Source of the DNA: a virus
Lineage: Duplodnaviria; Caudoviricetes
Length of the DNA: 64,000 nucleotides
IMG/VR virus record: IMGVR_UViG_2885593961_000002
Span: 1 to 64,000 of that record
Direction: 5' to 3' (one strand)
Below the pieces are notes generated by a model, which saw only the letters and a list, made by a program, of their open reading frames with translations, did not search any database and was not told the origin of the DNA. The position numbers and the translations under genes are program-made. Below are positions 54,102 to 64,000 of this stretch, piece after piece. Position 1 is the first letter of the stretch. Each line of letters opens with the position of its first letter.

Positions 54102-57100
54102 ATGGCGGGCGAGAATCAAGTACAACAGGGGCAACTGGACCTATCCCTTGGTCCGAAGATCTTTCAGGACGCGCAGTCCCTCTCGACCCTCCTCACCGAG
54201 ATCTTCAAGCGCCTCAACGACATCAGCGGGATCGCGAAGCAGATCTCGATCCCCGGCGTCTCTTCCACCGATCCAAGTCAATCCAACATCCTGGCCGCGA
54301 TCGGTGGTCTTCAGCGCGACATGCGAACCATGCTCGCGACGGTGCGTACGGGCGGGCCGCAGGCGCAGATCAACCAAGCCCTGGTGCAAGGCACGCGCTC
54401 GCAAGCACTGTTCGGCTCCGACAATCGTGCGCAGCTCGAACAGCTAACCGCACTCAATGCCGCCGCGGAACGCCGCGTGCTCCTCGAGCGGCAACTTCAG
54501 GTCGCACAAGAGGCGAACCGCGAATACTCGACGGCGCAGATGAGTGCCGCGACGCGGATCTACGAGATCACGGCGCGGATCACCGACGCCCAGCAGCGGT
54601 ACAAGCAAGCGATCATCGACAGCGACACCGCGACTCAGGCAGCGGCGAAGCGTGACATGCGCGATGGCCAGCAGCGTCTCGACCAATTGAAGCAGGAAAT
54701 CGATCTGCGCGAGCGCGGGGCACGCGTGCGCCTCGGCCGCGCGCTCGACAGCGGCCAGAACGTTGATGTCGCGCAGGCCCAACTAGCCATCGTGAACGCC
54801 GACAAGGCGGATCTCTCGACGTCGCTGCGCACTACGGTCGGTGCTCAGCAGCGCGCCGAGCGTGAAGCGGCGAAAGCCCTGAGTAATGAGCGCAAGCAAC
54901 TCGAAAAGGACTGGACCGCAGCACTCACTGAGGAACGTAGCCGCCAAGCCGCGATCGAAAAGGCATGGAATCAAGCCATTGTCGAAGACCGTCAGCGTAC
55001 ACAACGCGCCGACGCCACGTTCGAAAGACAACTGCGGGCCGCGCAGGTTGAAGACCACAAGCGCGCGCGTGATGCCGAGGCGTCGTTTGACAAGACCTGG
55101 AATTCAGCGCATCTCGAAAACCTCAAGCGCGACAAGGCTACGGAACGAAAATTCCTGGCTGACTGGGATGCCGCAATCCTTGAGGACCATAGACGGTCGA
55201 AGACAGCACAGAAGAAGCTCGAAGACGATTGGGATAGTGCCATTCGAGAGAATCGTCGCCGGCAGCAGCAGGCTGACGAGGCAGCGGCACGCGCCGCTGC
55301 TCAGTTTGGTCCCGATCGCGCGACGCTTATGCGCCTGCGTGACGCACACGCCGAGAACAACCGTCGCAACAGTCCGGAATTCCTGGATGAGCAGGACGCA
55401 GCCACGCGTGCTCGTCGCTATCGCCAGACATTTGGCGATGGTGGAGCATCAGTCGCGCTGACGCAGACCGCCCTCCTCGCCAACTACAGCGTGACCCGTG
55501 GAGTGCAGACTGCATTCACGTCCGCGTTGCAAAATACGATCCAGTACGAAGAAGCGCTGGCGCACCTCAAGACGATCACTTCCGCGACCGATCTTCAGCT
55601 CGCCTCGCTCGCTTCAACCATCGAGACTGTCTCGAATGCGACACGCTACAGCGCCACGGATCTGACCAAGGCAGCTGCCGCCTTGTCGGAGACTGGTGTG
55701 ACCACCAATCAGCTCGGTGTAGCACTGCGCGGCGTCGCTGACCTCGCCACCGCAACGGGCGAAGACTTCAACAAGACGGTTGACACCGTTACCGGCTCGC
55801 TCGGCGCATTCAAGATCTCCGCGAGCGATACGGTTCAGGTGACGAACATGATCGCACAAGCGGTCAATTCTTCGCGCTTGACGATGGACAAGCTCAAGAC
55901 GTCTATCGAAACCGCTGGTGAAACCGCGAGTGAAGCCGGCGTCTCATTCAAGGAAATGCTGTCGGCGACTGTGTCGATTACGAACACTGGTACTGCCTCG
56001 GGTGCGACACTTGGTGGCGGGCTGCGTCAGCTCTTGATCGACCTCGAAAAGCCGAGCCAGAAGTTCAAGGCGACGCTGGATCAGCTGGGTCTCACGCAGG
56101 AGGATATCAACGTCAAGTCCCAAGGCTTGTACGGTGCGCTGAAGAACCTCAAGGATGCGGGCTTTACTGCCGCCGACGCCATGCAGGCATTCGAGGCGCG
56201 CAGTGCATCGGCCTTCACGGCGCTCTCGGGCAACCTGTCCGAGATGAACGACTTTTCGTCGACACTCAACCACACCGACGCCGCAGTGCGCGCGAACGCC
56301 GAGCAGATGGAAACGCTCGGCGCGCAGTATGACCGCTTCAAGAACCAGACGTCGCTGCTGGTCGGCGAAGGATTCACGCCTTTGCTCGATGGCCTGAAGC
56401 ACCTGCTCGACCTTACGTCGAGTGCCGAAACCGCGCTGAAGAACTACGCAGGTGTCACGGAGACAGTTGGCACGTTGATCGGAACCGGAGCACTCGCAGT
56501 CGGCCTAAAGTACGTTGGGGGTCTGCTTGGCGGCATCGCAGGCATGACGTTTGGTGGCTTCGAAGCTGCGGCTGGTCTCGCTGCAATGGGTGGTCAAGTC
56601 GGCCTCGTGGTCGGAGCCATTGCGGGCCTGACGGCTGGCGTCGTCTATCTCGTCAACAAGCTGAATGATTCGAAGCAGGCATTCGAGGACCAGCGCACTG
56701 CTGTCAACGCGGCTAAGGATGCCGTGACCTCTTCGAAGCAGTCGTTCGACAGCATCGGCAAGCAGATCGACACCCTGCGCTACAAGATGGCCGCGCTCAA
56801 CGAGCACCCTGAACAGCTCAAGCGCGAGATCGACGACGTCAGCATGCAGTTCGAGAAGTATGGGGTGACGCTAGACAAGAGTGCTATCAGCAAGACCGAA
56901 GACCTGATCGATAGCCTGCAACGGCTGCAAGTTGAGCTTGGCAAGCGCTACGAGATGAACACGAGCGTGCTTGGCGCGCAACTCGATGTCATGGTTGAGC
57001 GTGCGAAAGAAGCCGCTGGCCAAGCCGCTGGAGATTTCCAGAAGGGGGCATTCTCCGGGCCACGCGACAAGCTCGAACGCGCGCCGGGTATGAGCACTCC

Positions 57101-59960
57101 CGGCGTCGGCATGATGGACGAGACCGCATTGTCCGGGTATGAGCCGAGCCGCTTCAACGCCCTGCCGGGAGGCAAGCAGTCAACCGGATATCTGCCCATC
57201 GACGAGGGGGTGAACAAGGACACCATTCCGGCAATCATCCAGTACCTGAAGGATGCCGGCGCGGACGTGTCTGGCAAGGTCCAAGCGGGCTTGGTGGACG
57301 CGGCCGGCATCAACGGCCAACCGCGCGACTTGGACGCCCAATCGGCCTTCGCAACGGCCGTGAACGCAGCAATCGCGAAGGCAATTCAGGCACGGGCCAC
57401 GCCGGGGATCTCGGACGCCGAAAAGGCAAACTCGTATGCCGAGGAGCAGGCGCTATCCAACCTCCTGACGAATCTCCAGAAGGTTACGAACGGCCTGCAA
57501 ACGGCACAGGGTTACCAGCACGAACTGGATCGAACGAACACGTCTCTAGCGAGCCAGCGCTATGCCAACTCAAATCCCGTCGCGCAGGAAATCATCACCG
57601 CAGTCACCGCGGCGGTCACGCGTACGAGGGGCGCACTCGGCTCGCCGGAATCGCGCCTAGACGCCCTCTGGACCGCCCTCAAGACGCAGGAGAGCGGCAA
57701 CCGGCAGTTCGACGCCAACGGGCTTCCGGTCACGTCGAGCAAGGGCGCGATCGGCATCGCCCAGGTGATGCCAGACACTGCCCCCGAAGCTGCACGGCTG
57801 GCCGGCCTGCCGTGGGACGACAAGCGCTACCGGAACGACGCCGCTTACAACGAGGCGATCGGCCGCGCATACCTCAACGCGCAACTGAAGAAGTACGGCA
57901 ACAACTCGACGCTCGCGCTCGCGGCCTACAACGGTGGCCCCGGCTATGTCGACAAACTGCTGGCCACTACAAGCGCAGACGGGCGGTCGATGGACTTCCG
58001 CAATCCAACCGGCGTCACCGAGACCGAGTTCGTCAGCGCGCTCAAGCCTGAGACGCGCAACTACGTGCAGCGCATCGGCAGCGGCGCTGGTGCGTTCGGC
58101 CGCTACCAGAGCCTCCTGAACAACCCGGATCTGGCGAGTCAAGGCGCGGCCAACAGCCAGCTTATGCGCCAACTTCAGACCCAGCTGGAAGCGTCCGACG
58201 ACGACATCCAGAAGGCATTCCTACGCGCACAGATCGACCGGTTGAAGGTTGCGCAAAACGATATCCAGCGCAAGATCGAAAACGCACGCGTCGAGGCTGC
58301 ACCGTCGTTGAAAGCGACAAACTCGGCCGCGCAGCGCGCGCTTCAAGCACAACTGGCCGAAGTCGAGACCCAAGCCGGGATTACCCGCGACCCAGACAAG
58401 GCACGGCAGCTTGGCGACGTCGCCGTCGAGCTGATCAAGAACCAGTACAACCGCACGATCGACACGCTGAAGAGGACCAGCCCGACGCTTCAGGTTGGCG
58501 ACCACCGCGACTACGCTGACGACGTGAAGCAGCAGCTTCAGTCGTTGCAAGACGAGATGGACGCGAAGGTACGTTCGCAGATCGACAAGAACACAGAACG
58601 CGTTCGCAAGCTCAACGAGCAGATTAAGGCTGCGCAGTTCAAGGAGGACGAGGATCGGGCGCGAATGGCGTTCAACGCCTTCATGACCACTCTCAAGGGC
58701 GATGAGAAAACTCGTTCGAACAATCAAGCGATCGAACTGAAGCGAAACTCGTACCCCGTGGTTGCCGATCAGGCCGCGTCGGCATACATGAGTGATCCAC
58801 GCTACTCAGCCCAGTTCAGCCAGGTTCAACGTCAATCGCTCAGCATGAAGGCAGCGGCGGATCAGGACGTCGTAGACGCGCGGAACCTCGTCACATATCA
58901 GGCGAACATCGCCCAACTGCGCGGCGAAATCGAGCAGTTGGGGAAACAAGTCAACGCCCGGACGGCGATGCTTGGCGAGGAAGCTGACGGCGCTGGTTCA
59001 CCCGCAACAGGCCTGTACGCGCAGCTCGCCGCGGCGAAGGCTGATCCTGCGAAGCGGGAGGAACAAGCACGTCTCGAAGCGACGATCGTGCGCCTCACCA
59101 CGGAACGCACCGCGCAGCAGGGGGAACTCAACGCGCTGCAAGATAAATCTAACGCACTTGTCGAGAGTCAGGAGCGTTTGCAGGAGAAGCTGGCGGCGAA
59201 GACCACCACGGGTTCATTCTCACTGATGCAGGGCATCAACGAAGCAAACAAAAACTTCCTCGACACGCACAACGCAACTTCAATGGCGATCGACGGATAC
59301 GCCAACATGCTGAACGGCACCGACAACGCGTTGATCCAGTTCTTCGATGACTTGACCACCCACTCGAAGACCGCTGGTCAGGCCGTTAGGGATTTCGGCG
59401 TGTCGTTCCTGAAGATGGTCTTGCAGATCCTCGAACAGCAGGCCGCGCTCATGCTTATCAAGGGCGTCCTCAGCATGTTCGGGACTGCTGCTTCTGCTTC
59501 CGCCGCTCCCGCGGCTACGGGTGGCTTCGATATGCCCTCGACCGGCACTGCGTTAGCTGTCCAGGGTGGTTCTGTCAGCAACGGCCTAGTCTCTCGCTCG
59601 GCCGGCGTGAAGCGTTTCGTGTCGGGTGGCAGCGTGACGGGCGGGATGCCCGGTCGTGACTCCGTACATGCTCTTTTGAAAGAAGGCGAGTATGTGCTAA
59701 ACGATGGGGCCGTGTCGACGGTAGGCACGGACTTCCTCGACAACCTCAACGCACACGGCAACCGCGTCATCTCGAAGAGCACGCCGGCCCCCAAGCCTGA
59801 ACGTGAGAAGCAGCCACAGCACGTCAATGTGTGGGTCGTCGCTCCGGATCAGAAGCCACAGATGGGGCCGAATGACGTCGTCGCCGCGATTAGCAACGAC
59901 ATCGTCACGGGCGGTTCTACGAAGAAACTGATCAAGCAAGTTGCACTGGGTCAAATGTAA
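54102..59960 (+). CDS. Tape measure protein with internal soluble lytic transglycosylase domain
   Basis: 1952 aa; TMP core; QESGN...GAIGIAQVMP...ALAAYNGGPG. Confidence 0.92.
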   Translation: MAGENQVQQGQLDLSLGPKIFQDAQSLSTLLTEIFKRLNDISGIAKQISIPGVSSTDPSQSNILAAIGGLQRDMRTMLATVRTGGPQAQINQALVQGTRSQALFGSDNRAQLEQLTALNAAAERRVLLERQLQVAQEANREYSTAQMSAATRIYEITARITDAQQRYKQAIIDSDTATQAAAKRDMRDGQQRLDQLKQEIDLRERGARVRLGRALDSGQNVDVAQAQLAIVNADKADLSTSLRTTVGAQQRAEREAAKALSNERKQLEKDWTAALTEERSRQAAIEKAWNQAIVEDRQRTQRADATFERQLRAAQVEDHKRARDAEASFDKTWNSAHLENLKRDKATERKFLADWDAAILEDHRRSKTAQKKLEDDWDSAIRENRRRQQQADEAAARAAAQFGPDRATLMRLRDAHAENNRRNSPEFLDEQDAATRARRYRQTFGDGGASVALTQTALLANYSVTRGVQTAFTSALQNTIQYEEALAHLKTITSATDLQLASLASTIETVSNATRYSATDLTKAAAALSETGVTTNQLGVALRGVADLATATGEDFNKTVDTVTGSLGAFKISASDTVQVTNMIAQAVNSSRLTMDKLKTSIETAGETASEAGVSFKEMLSATVSITNTGTASGATLGGGLRQLLIDLEKPSQKFKATLDQLGLTQEDINVKSQGLYGALKNLKDAGFTAADAMQAFEARSASAFTALSGNLSEMNDFSSTLNHTDAAVRANAEQMETLGAQYDRFKNQTSLLVGEGFTPLLDGLKHLLDLTSSAETALKNYAGVTETVGTLIGTGALAVGLKYVGGLLGGIAGMTFGGFEAAAGLAAMGGQVGLVVGAIAGLTAGVVYLVNKLNDSKQAFEDQRTAVNAAKDAVTSSKQSFDSIGKQIDTLRYKMAALNEHPEQLKREIDDVSMQFEKYGVTLDKSAISKTEDLIDSLQRLQVELGKRYEMNTSVLGAQLDVMVERAKEAAGQAAGDFQKGAFSGPRDKLERAPGMSTPGVGMMDETALSGYEPSRFNALPGGKQSTGYLPIDEGVNKDTIPAIIQYLKDAGADVSGKVQAGLVDAAGINGQPRDLDAQSAFATAVNAAIAKAIQARATPGISDAEKANSYAEEQALSNLLTNLQKVTNGLQTAQGYQHELDRTNTSLASQRYANSNPVAQEIITAVTAAVTRTRGALGSPESRLDALWTALKTQESGNRQFDANGLPVTSSKGAIGIAQVMPDTAPEAARLAGLPWDDKRYRNDAAYNEAIGRAYLNAQLKKYGNNSTLALAAYNGGPGYVDKLLATTSADGRSMDFRNPTGVTETEFVSALKPETRNYVQRIGSGAGAFGRYQSLLNNPDLASQGAANSQLMRQLQTQLEASDDDIQKAFLRAQIDRLKVAQNDIQRKIENARVEAAPSLKATNSAAQRALQAQLAEVETQAGITRDPDKARQLGDVAVELIKNQYNRTIDTLKRTSPTLQVGDHRDYADDVKQQLQSLQDEMDAKVRSQIDKNTERVRKLNEQIKAAQFKEDEDRARMAFNAFMTTLKGDEKTRSNNQAIELKRNSYPVVADQAASAYMSDPRYSAQFSQVQRQSLSMKAAADQDVVDARNLVTYQANIAQLRGEIEQLGKQVNARTAMLGEEADGAGSPATGLYAQLAAAKADPAKREEQARLEATIVRLTTERTAQQGELNALQDKSNALVESQERLQEKLAAKTTTGSFSLMQGINEANKNFLDTHNATSMAIDGYANMLNGTDNALIQFFDDLTTHSKTAGQAVRDFGVSFLKMVLQILEQQAALMLIKGVLSMFGTAASASAAPAATGGFDMPSTGTALAVQGGSVSNGLVSRSAGVKRFVSGGSVTGGMPGRDSVHALLKEGEYVLNDGAVSTVGTDFLDNLNAHGNRVISKSTPAPKPEREKQPQHVNVWVVAPDQKPQMGPNDVVAAISNDIVTGGSTKKLIKQVALGQM

Positions 59961-60353
59961 ATGGCAACGTCACTCACTTTCGATTTCCCGAATCATCTGG
60001 TCGAAGAAAAGTACCCCGAGTCTGGCACGCGTATCCAGCTCGGGAATTCGTATGTCTTCGCAACACCCCCCACCGCTCCGGAACAACGCACGTTCGTTCT
60101 CTCCTTTGAAACGATGTGGCGCGGTATCAACGCGGACGGCACCGTGGACACCACCACGAATCCGCTCAACAACATGGGTCTTCTGAAAGAGTTCTACGAA
60201 ACGTACAGACTCTACAAGACATTTCAGTATAAGCACCCCTGGCTGGGGATCTTGAATGTCCGTTTCAGCAAGCCTCTCGAAATGCCGAAGGGTAAGAAAG
60301 GGGCCGACGGGTGGTCTGAGTCATTCAGCATCGAGTTTGTGGAGATGCCGTGA
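59961..60353 (+). CDS. Distal tail/minor tail protein (gpM-like)
   Basis: Directly after TMP. Confidence 0.6.
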   Translation: MATSLTFDFPNHLVEEKYPESGTRIQLGNSYVFATPPTAPEQRTFVLSFETMWRGINADGTVDTTTNPLNNMGLLKEFYETYRLYKTFQYKHPWLGILNVRFSKPLEMPKGKKGADGWSESFSIEFVEMP

Positions 60354-60844
60354 GAGCCGATCTTCCTGATACCCATGTCTCCCAATCCTTCGAGTTGTCA
60401 GCCGATGGATTGGTCGACCTATTCAAGCTCGAACTCAACAGCATCTCAGGCGGTACGGTTCTTTGTATGACGGCCAAGAATCAAGTCACCTGGCAAGGCA
60501 TGGTATTCGAGTCCATTCCGATCACCCTCGCCGGCGAGGGTGTTCGCACGGACGGCCAGTGGAATCGACCGAAGCTTACAGTTGCCAACCCTGACGGCAT
60601 TTTCTCGGCGTTCATTGCACAGGGCAAGACCGACAGCGCAACAGTGACACGCTACCGCTGCCATCTTGAGGACGTAAAAAACAATGTCGGCCGATATCAA
60701 ATCAACATCTGGCGTGTTTCGAAGACTTTGAGCATGAGCAATTCAATGGCGACGTTCGAACTGCGCACCCCACTCGACGGACAGATGTTCTATCTGCCGG
60801 CGCGTGCCTTCTACCCCCCGGAGTTCCCACATGTCTCTCTATGA
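60350..60844 (+). CDS. Minor tail protein L-like
   Basis: LFKLEL...WQGMVFESIPI...RPKLTVAN...FELRTPLD. Confidence 0.75.
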   Translation: MRADLPDTHVSQSFELSADGLVDLFKLELNSISGGTVLCMTAKNQVTWQGMVFESIPITLAGEGVRTDGQWNRPKLTVANPDGIFSAFIAQGKTDSATVTRYRCHLEDVKNNVGRYQINIWRVSKTLSMSNSMATFELRTPLDGQMFYLPARAFYPPEFPHVSL

Positions 60845-61373
60845 AAAATACATTGAAGGGTTCGAGGGAATCCCATATGTGGAAGGCCGCGATGATTGCT
60901 ACGGCCTCGTGCGCAGATGGCTGAACAAGACATATGGAATGAAGCTGACGAACTACGCTCGGCCGTGTGCCTGGGAAAACGATGGCTTCAATTTGCTTGG
61001 TGACTACTTCAACCGTGAGGGGTTCGTACTCGTCAACACGCCGTTGAATCGCTTGCAGATCGGCGACCTGTTGATGATGCACGTCGCCAGCAGGACAGGC
61101 ATCTCGAACCACATCGGCGTCTACGTCGGCAACCAGTACGTATTGCATCACCTGTATGGACAGGTATCGAAAGCCGACCCTCTGAACGATCGATGGAAGA
61201 ACCGCATCCTCGATGTCATCCGGCATCCGGACATCGCAGCCAAGAATCAGGAGCAAACAGAGTCCGTCGACTTCATGACCCTGTTGCCACCCCACTTGAG
61301 AGAGAAGTATGAACGACGACTTGTTGAGACTCTGGACTCCCCTGACCGAACGGTGCGGCTTCCTCCTAAATGA
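60831..61373 (+). CDS. NlpC/P60 tail assembly protein (K C-terminal-like)
   Basis: DDCYGLVR, NHIGVYVG, LHH. Confidence 0.85.
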   Translation: MSLYEKYIEGFEGIPYVEGRDDCYGLVRRWLNKTYGMKLTNYARPCAWENDGFNLLGDYFNREGFVLVNTPLNRLQIGDLLMMHVASRTGISNHIGVYVGNQYVLHHLYGQVSKADPLNDRWKNRILDVIRHPDIAAKNQEQTESVDFMTLLPPHLREKYERRLVETLDSPDRTVRLPPK

Positions 61374-61677
61374 CGGGTCGATCGTCGAGTGCCAAAACGT
61401 CCATGAGCAACCCGAAATAGGCTTTGAAATTACCCCCGCGTCTATCCGACAATACGAGGATCAAATTGCTGCCACATGGCACACGCATCCGCGCACGGGG
61501 CCTAACCTATCTGCTGAGGACTACCGTGCATTTCAGGCGTGGCCAAGGTGGTTCCACTACATCATTGGCGAGCACGATGTTTGGTGCTACTACGTCAGAA
61601 ACAACGCGGTGATTCTGCTCGATGAAGACGATCTATCTGCATGGCTCCCTGAAGGAACTGCACCCGGAACCGATTAA
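61309..61677 (+). CDS. JAB/MPN metallopeptidase (K N-terminal-like)
   Basis: ERCGFL...WHTHP...LSAED. Confidence 0.85.
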   Translation: MNDDLLRLWTPLTERCGFLLNDGSIVECQNVHEQPEIGFEITPASIRQYEDQIAATWHTHPRTGPNLSAEDYRAFQAWPRWFHYIIGEHDVWCYYVRNNAVILLDEDDLSAWLPEGTAPGTD

Positions 61678-62251
61678 AGTTCATGCCACCACTGCTGCTG
61701 AAGCGCTGACGGTGCTGAAGCAGCTCCCCGGCTTTGATGCGGAGAACCCCATCGACGTGCGCGTCGACGGCTTCGATTGCCGTGACGCGCTATTCGTCCA
61801 GACCGAGAAGACGGAGCTGCACGTCTACCCTGCCCTGCGTGGCGCGGGCGGCAACGGCGGCTTCCTACAGATCCTGATTGGGGCCGTCATGGTCGTGGTC
61901 GGCGCGGTCCTATGGTGGACCGGTCCAGCAGGGGCCACGATGGCTCAGGTAGGCATCGGCATGATGATGGGGGGCGCGATGATGATGCTTGGCGGGATCA
62001 TTTCAATGCTCGCCCCACAACCTAAGCTGGGAACAGGTTCAGCGACGAACTCTAGCTTGATTATCCCTGCCAGCCAGAACACCGTGAAAATCGGAACTCG
62101 ACTACCCCTCCTGTTCGGCCGCGTGAAACATTTCGGGCACTACCTGTCGTTCAACGTCGACGCGAAGCGGTACGACGATTCCAACATGGTCCTTGGTGGC
62201 TACTGCAACCAGAACGGGGACGGTCAGGCACTCCACTGCGTGCTCGCATAA
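61622..62251 (+). CDS. Tail assembly protein I-like (ubiquitin-like fold + TM/Gly-rich segment)
   Basis: IYLHGSL...LHVYPALRGAGG; PLLFGR. Confidence 0.8.
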   Translation: MKTIYLHGSLKELHPEPIKVHATTAAEALTVLKQLPGFDAENPIDVRVDGFDCRDALFVQTEKTELHVYPALRGAGGNGGFLQILIGAVMVVVGAVLWWTGPAGATMAQVGIGMMMGGAMMMLGGIISMLAPQPKLGTGSATNSSLIIPASQNTVKIGTRLPLLFGRVKHFGHYLSFNVDAKRYDDSNMVLGGYCNQNGDGQALHCVLA

Positions 62252-62263
62252 CGAAACCAAATA

Positions 62264-64000
62264 ATGATTGTCGAAGAAGAACGCCCTATCCAGAGCATCC
62301 GTGGCGCGAGCGGCGGTGGCTCCAGCTCGCCCACGCGAACGGACGACAACCTGTTTTCCCGAGACGTCGTCGAGATCGTCCTTGGACTTTCTCAAGGCCC
62401 GATTCGAGGACTGGTCGACGGCATGAAGACCTTCTACGTCGGCGGGACGCCTCTCATGTCGCAGGACGGATCGCTGAACTTCAGCTCGTTCAATCTCGGC
62501 GTCAAGCTCGGCACCGCGCACGACTCTCCGGTCAACTACGTCCTTGGGGGCGAAAGCTCGAACACCCAGGTCGGCACGCGGCTATTTCAAGGGACGTGGG
62601 TCAACCGACAGACCGACCAGTCGTTGAAAGGCGTGATCGACCAACTGCAAGTACGAATGCAGTTCAATGTCCTCTACGTTCAGAACAACGACGGCTCCTT
62701 CAACAACACGGCGCGCTTCCGAATCCAGTATCGTCCAGCGTCCAGCTACGCCGCGTGGTCAGAGGTTCAGGGCGGATTGATCAAGGTTACCGGCAAGACC
62801 ACGAGCGGCTACATGGTCGACTACTCGTGGGACGTACCTCGTATCAACGACAACTGGGTAATTCGGGTACTGAAGGAGAATCCGGACGCCAGTACGACGG
62901 AGTTCTGCGACCTGACCTGGGAAAGCTTCCAGATGGTCACGAAAGGGAACCGCTCGTACAACCAAGTCGCGCTCCTGCATCTGGTCGCCAAGGCGACGAG
63001 CCAGTTCAGCTCGATCCCCGACTTCGCTGGCATCTACGACGGGCTGGAAATCCTCGTGCCGACGAACTACAACGGCGACATGCACTCGTACGACGCGAGC
63101 GGCCCGTGGAACGGGACATTCAAGCTCGCGTGGACGAACAACCCGGCGTGGATTCTGTACAACCTCATCATGAACCCCACATGGGGTCTCGCGAAATATT
63201 ACCCGTGGATCACCTGCAACCGCTTCGATTTCTATGATGCGGGGCGCTGGTGTGACGAGATGGTCCCTGACGGTCGCGGTGGCTGGCAACCGCGCTACAC
63301 TTTCAACCTCGCTCTGACCGACCAGCAGACCGGCCTTGACATGCTGCGATACGTCGCCGGCAGCTTTGGTGCGGTCATCTTCGACGACGCAACAGGCATG
63401 GTTCACCTCCGCGTCGACAAGTGGGAAGAACCTACCTTGATGTTCACGCCCGAGAACGTGACGCCGGAAGGCTTCAGCTACACGTTCACGGACATGTCGA
63501 CACGCTACAACGACTACGAGGTCCAGTTCGTCAACCCTGACATTGACTGGAACGTCGACCATCGGCGTGTCCCATATGACGAGCACATCGCGCTCAACGG
63601 CAGCATTCCCTATCAGTTTCAGGCGATCGGCTGCACGAACGAGCACGAAGCCGTTCGCCGCGCCACTTATCAGCTGATCACGTCGACCACTGAGTGTGCG
63701 ACCGTATCGTTCATGACCGCGCGCCTTGGCCGCGTCATCGACCCTTACAAGCCGATCTACGTCGCCGACCCGATCACCGGCTGGTCGTCGGGCGGTCGCA
63801 TTAAGTCCATCTTCAACAACAAGATCTATCTGCGCGACCCGGTCTACTTTACGATCAACCAAAACTACAACCTTCGGCTTCAGTCTGTCGACGGATTGTG
63901 GAACCTCGTCGTGAACCCCGGCAAGACCGGGGCCGTGACTGAGTTGACGATCGTGAGCGGCGTCATTCCGCCGAACATTCCGGATCGCACGGTTTTCACG
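62264..64000 (+). CDS. Tail tip/host-specificity protein J-like, partial (runs off the window)
   Basis: MIVEEERPIQSIRGASGGG...LSQGPIRGL...WTNNPAWILY...YDAGRWCDEMVPDGRGG..PRYTFN; no stop seen before 64000. Confidence 0.88.
   Translation, partial: MIVEEERPIQSIRGASGGGSSSPTRTDDNLFSRDVVEIVLGLSQGPIRGLVDGMKTFYVGGTPLMSQDGSLNFSSFNLGVKLGTAHDSPVNYVLGGESSNTQVGTRLFQGTWVNRQTDQSLKGVIDQLQVRMQFNVLYVQNNDGSFNNTARFRIQYRPASSYAAWSEVQGGLIKVTGKTTSGYMVDYSWDVPRINDNWVIRVLKENPDASTTEFCDLTWESFQMVTKGNRSYNQVALLHLVAKATSQFSSIPDFAGIYDGLEILVPTNYNGDMHSYDASGPWNGTFKLAWTNNPAWILYNLIMNPTWGLAKYYPWITCNRFDFYDAGRWCDEMVPDGRGGWQPRYTFNLALTDQQTGLDMLRYVAGSFGAVIFDDATGMVHLRVDKWEEPTLMFTPENVTPEGFSYTFTDMSTRYNDYEVQFVNPDIDWNVDHRRVPYDEHIALNGSIPYQFQAIGCTNEHEAVRRATYQLITSTTECATVSFMTARLGRVIDPYKPIYVADPITGWSSGGRIKSIFNNKIYLRDPVYFTINQNYNLRLQSVDGLWNLVVNPGKTGAVTELTIVSGVIPPNIPDRTVFT

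Larger units (their letters stand above)
1..64000. mobile_element. Temperate siphovirus-like phage/prophage (continues beyond the right edge; left boundary not visible)
   Basis: Integrase, replication module, terminase-portal-capsid-tail operon with a 1952-aa tape measure and lambda-like L/K/I/J tail tip genes; no host housekeeping genes seen. Confidence 0.95.

Overview
The whole window reads as one large siphovirus-type phage or prophage of about 60% GC. A CTGT-N8-ACAG LexA box suggests a beta- or gammaproteobacterial host (inference). From left to right it holds: a P4-type tyrosine integrase; a lower-GC HEPN-motif cargo gene; a LexA-boxed SRAP/YedK gene with a divergent partner; a long leftward arm of nucleotide-metabolism, recombination and replication genes (ThyX, MazG, SbcCD, DEDD exonuclease, RecU-like resolvase, ATP-dependent ligase, PolA, 5'-3' exonuclease, SF2 helicase, KTSC, Topo VI-A-like Toprim); about 35 small early hypothetical genes; a repeat-rich non-coding control region (36.5-37.1 kb); an HNH-AP2 endonuclease; a Prim-Pol/D5 primase-helicase; and a rightward morphogenesis operon from a GpA-type terminase to a J-like tail tip that runs off the window. 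No CI-like repressor, lysis genes, tRNA or CRISPR array were seen. The most unusual signals are non-coding. (i) An ACCACCAC motif follows the coding strand on both arms, clusters at gene 5' ends, and is displayed in the loops of tandem hairpins with unrelated stems upstream of thyX, the KTSC gene and the major capsid gene. (ii) A GTKCA-N3-TGMAC palindrome occurs about 10 times, only in the early region. (iii) A symmetric 107-bp element has 15-bp inverted repeats centred exactly on a CTATC-A-GATAG palindrome that recurs in both control regions. All motif counts come from reading by eye and may be incomplete. Several start sites were adjusted from the supplied ORF track.
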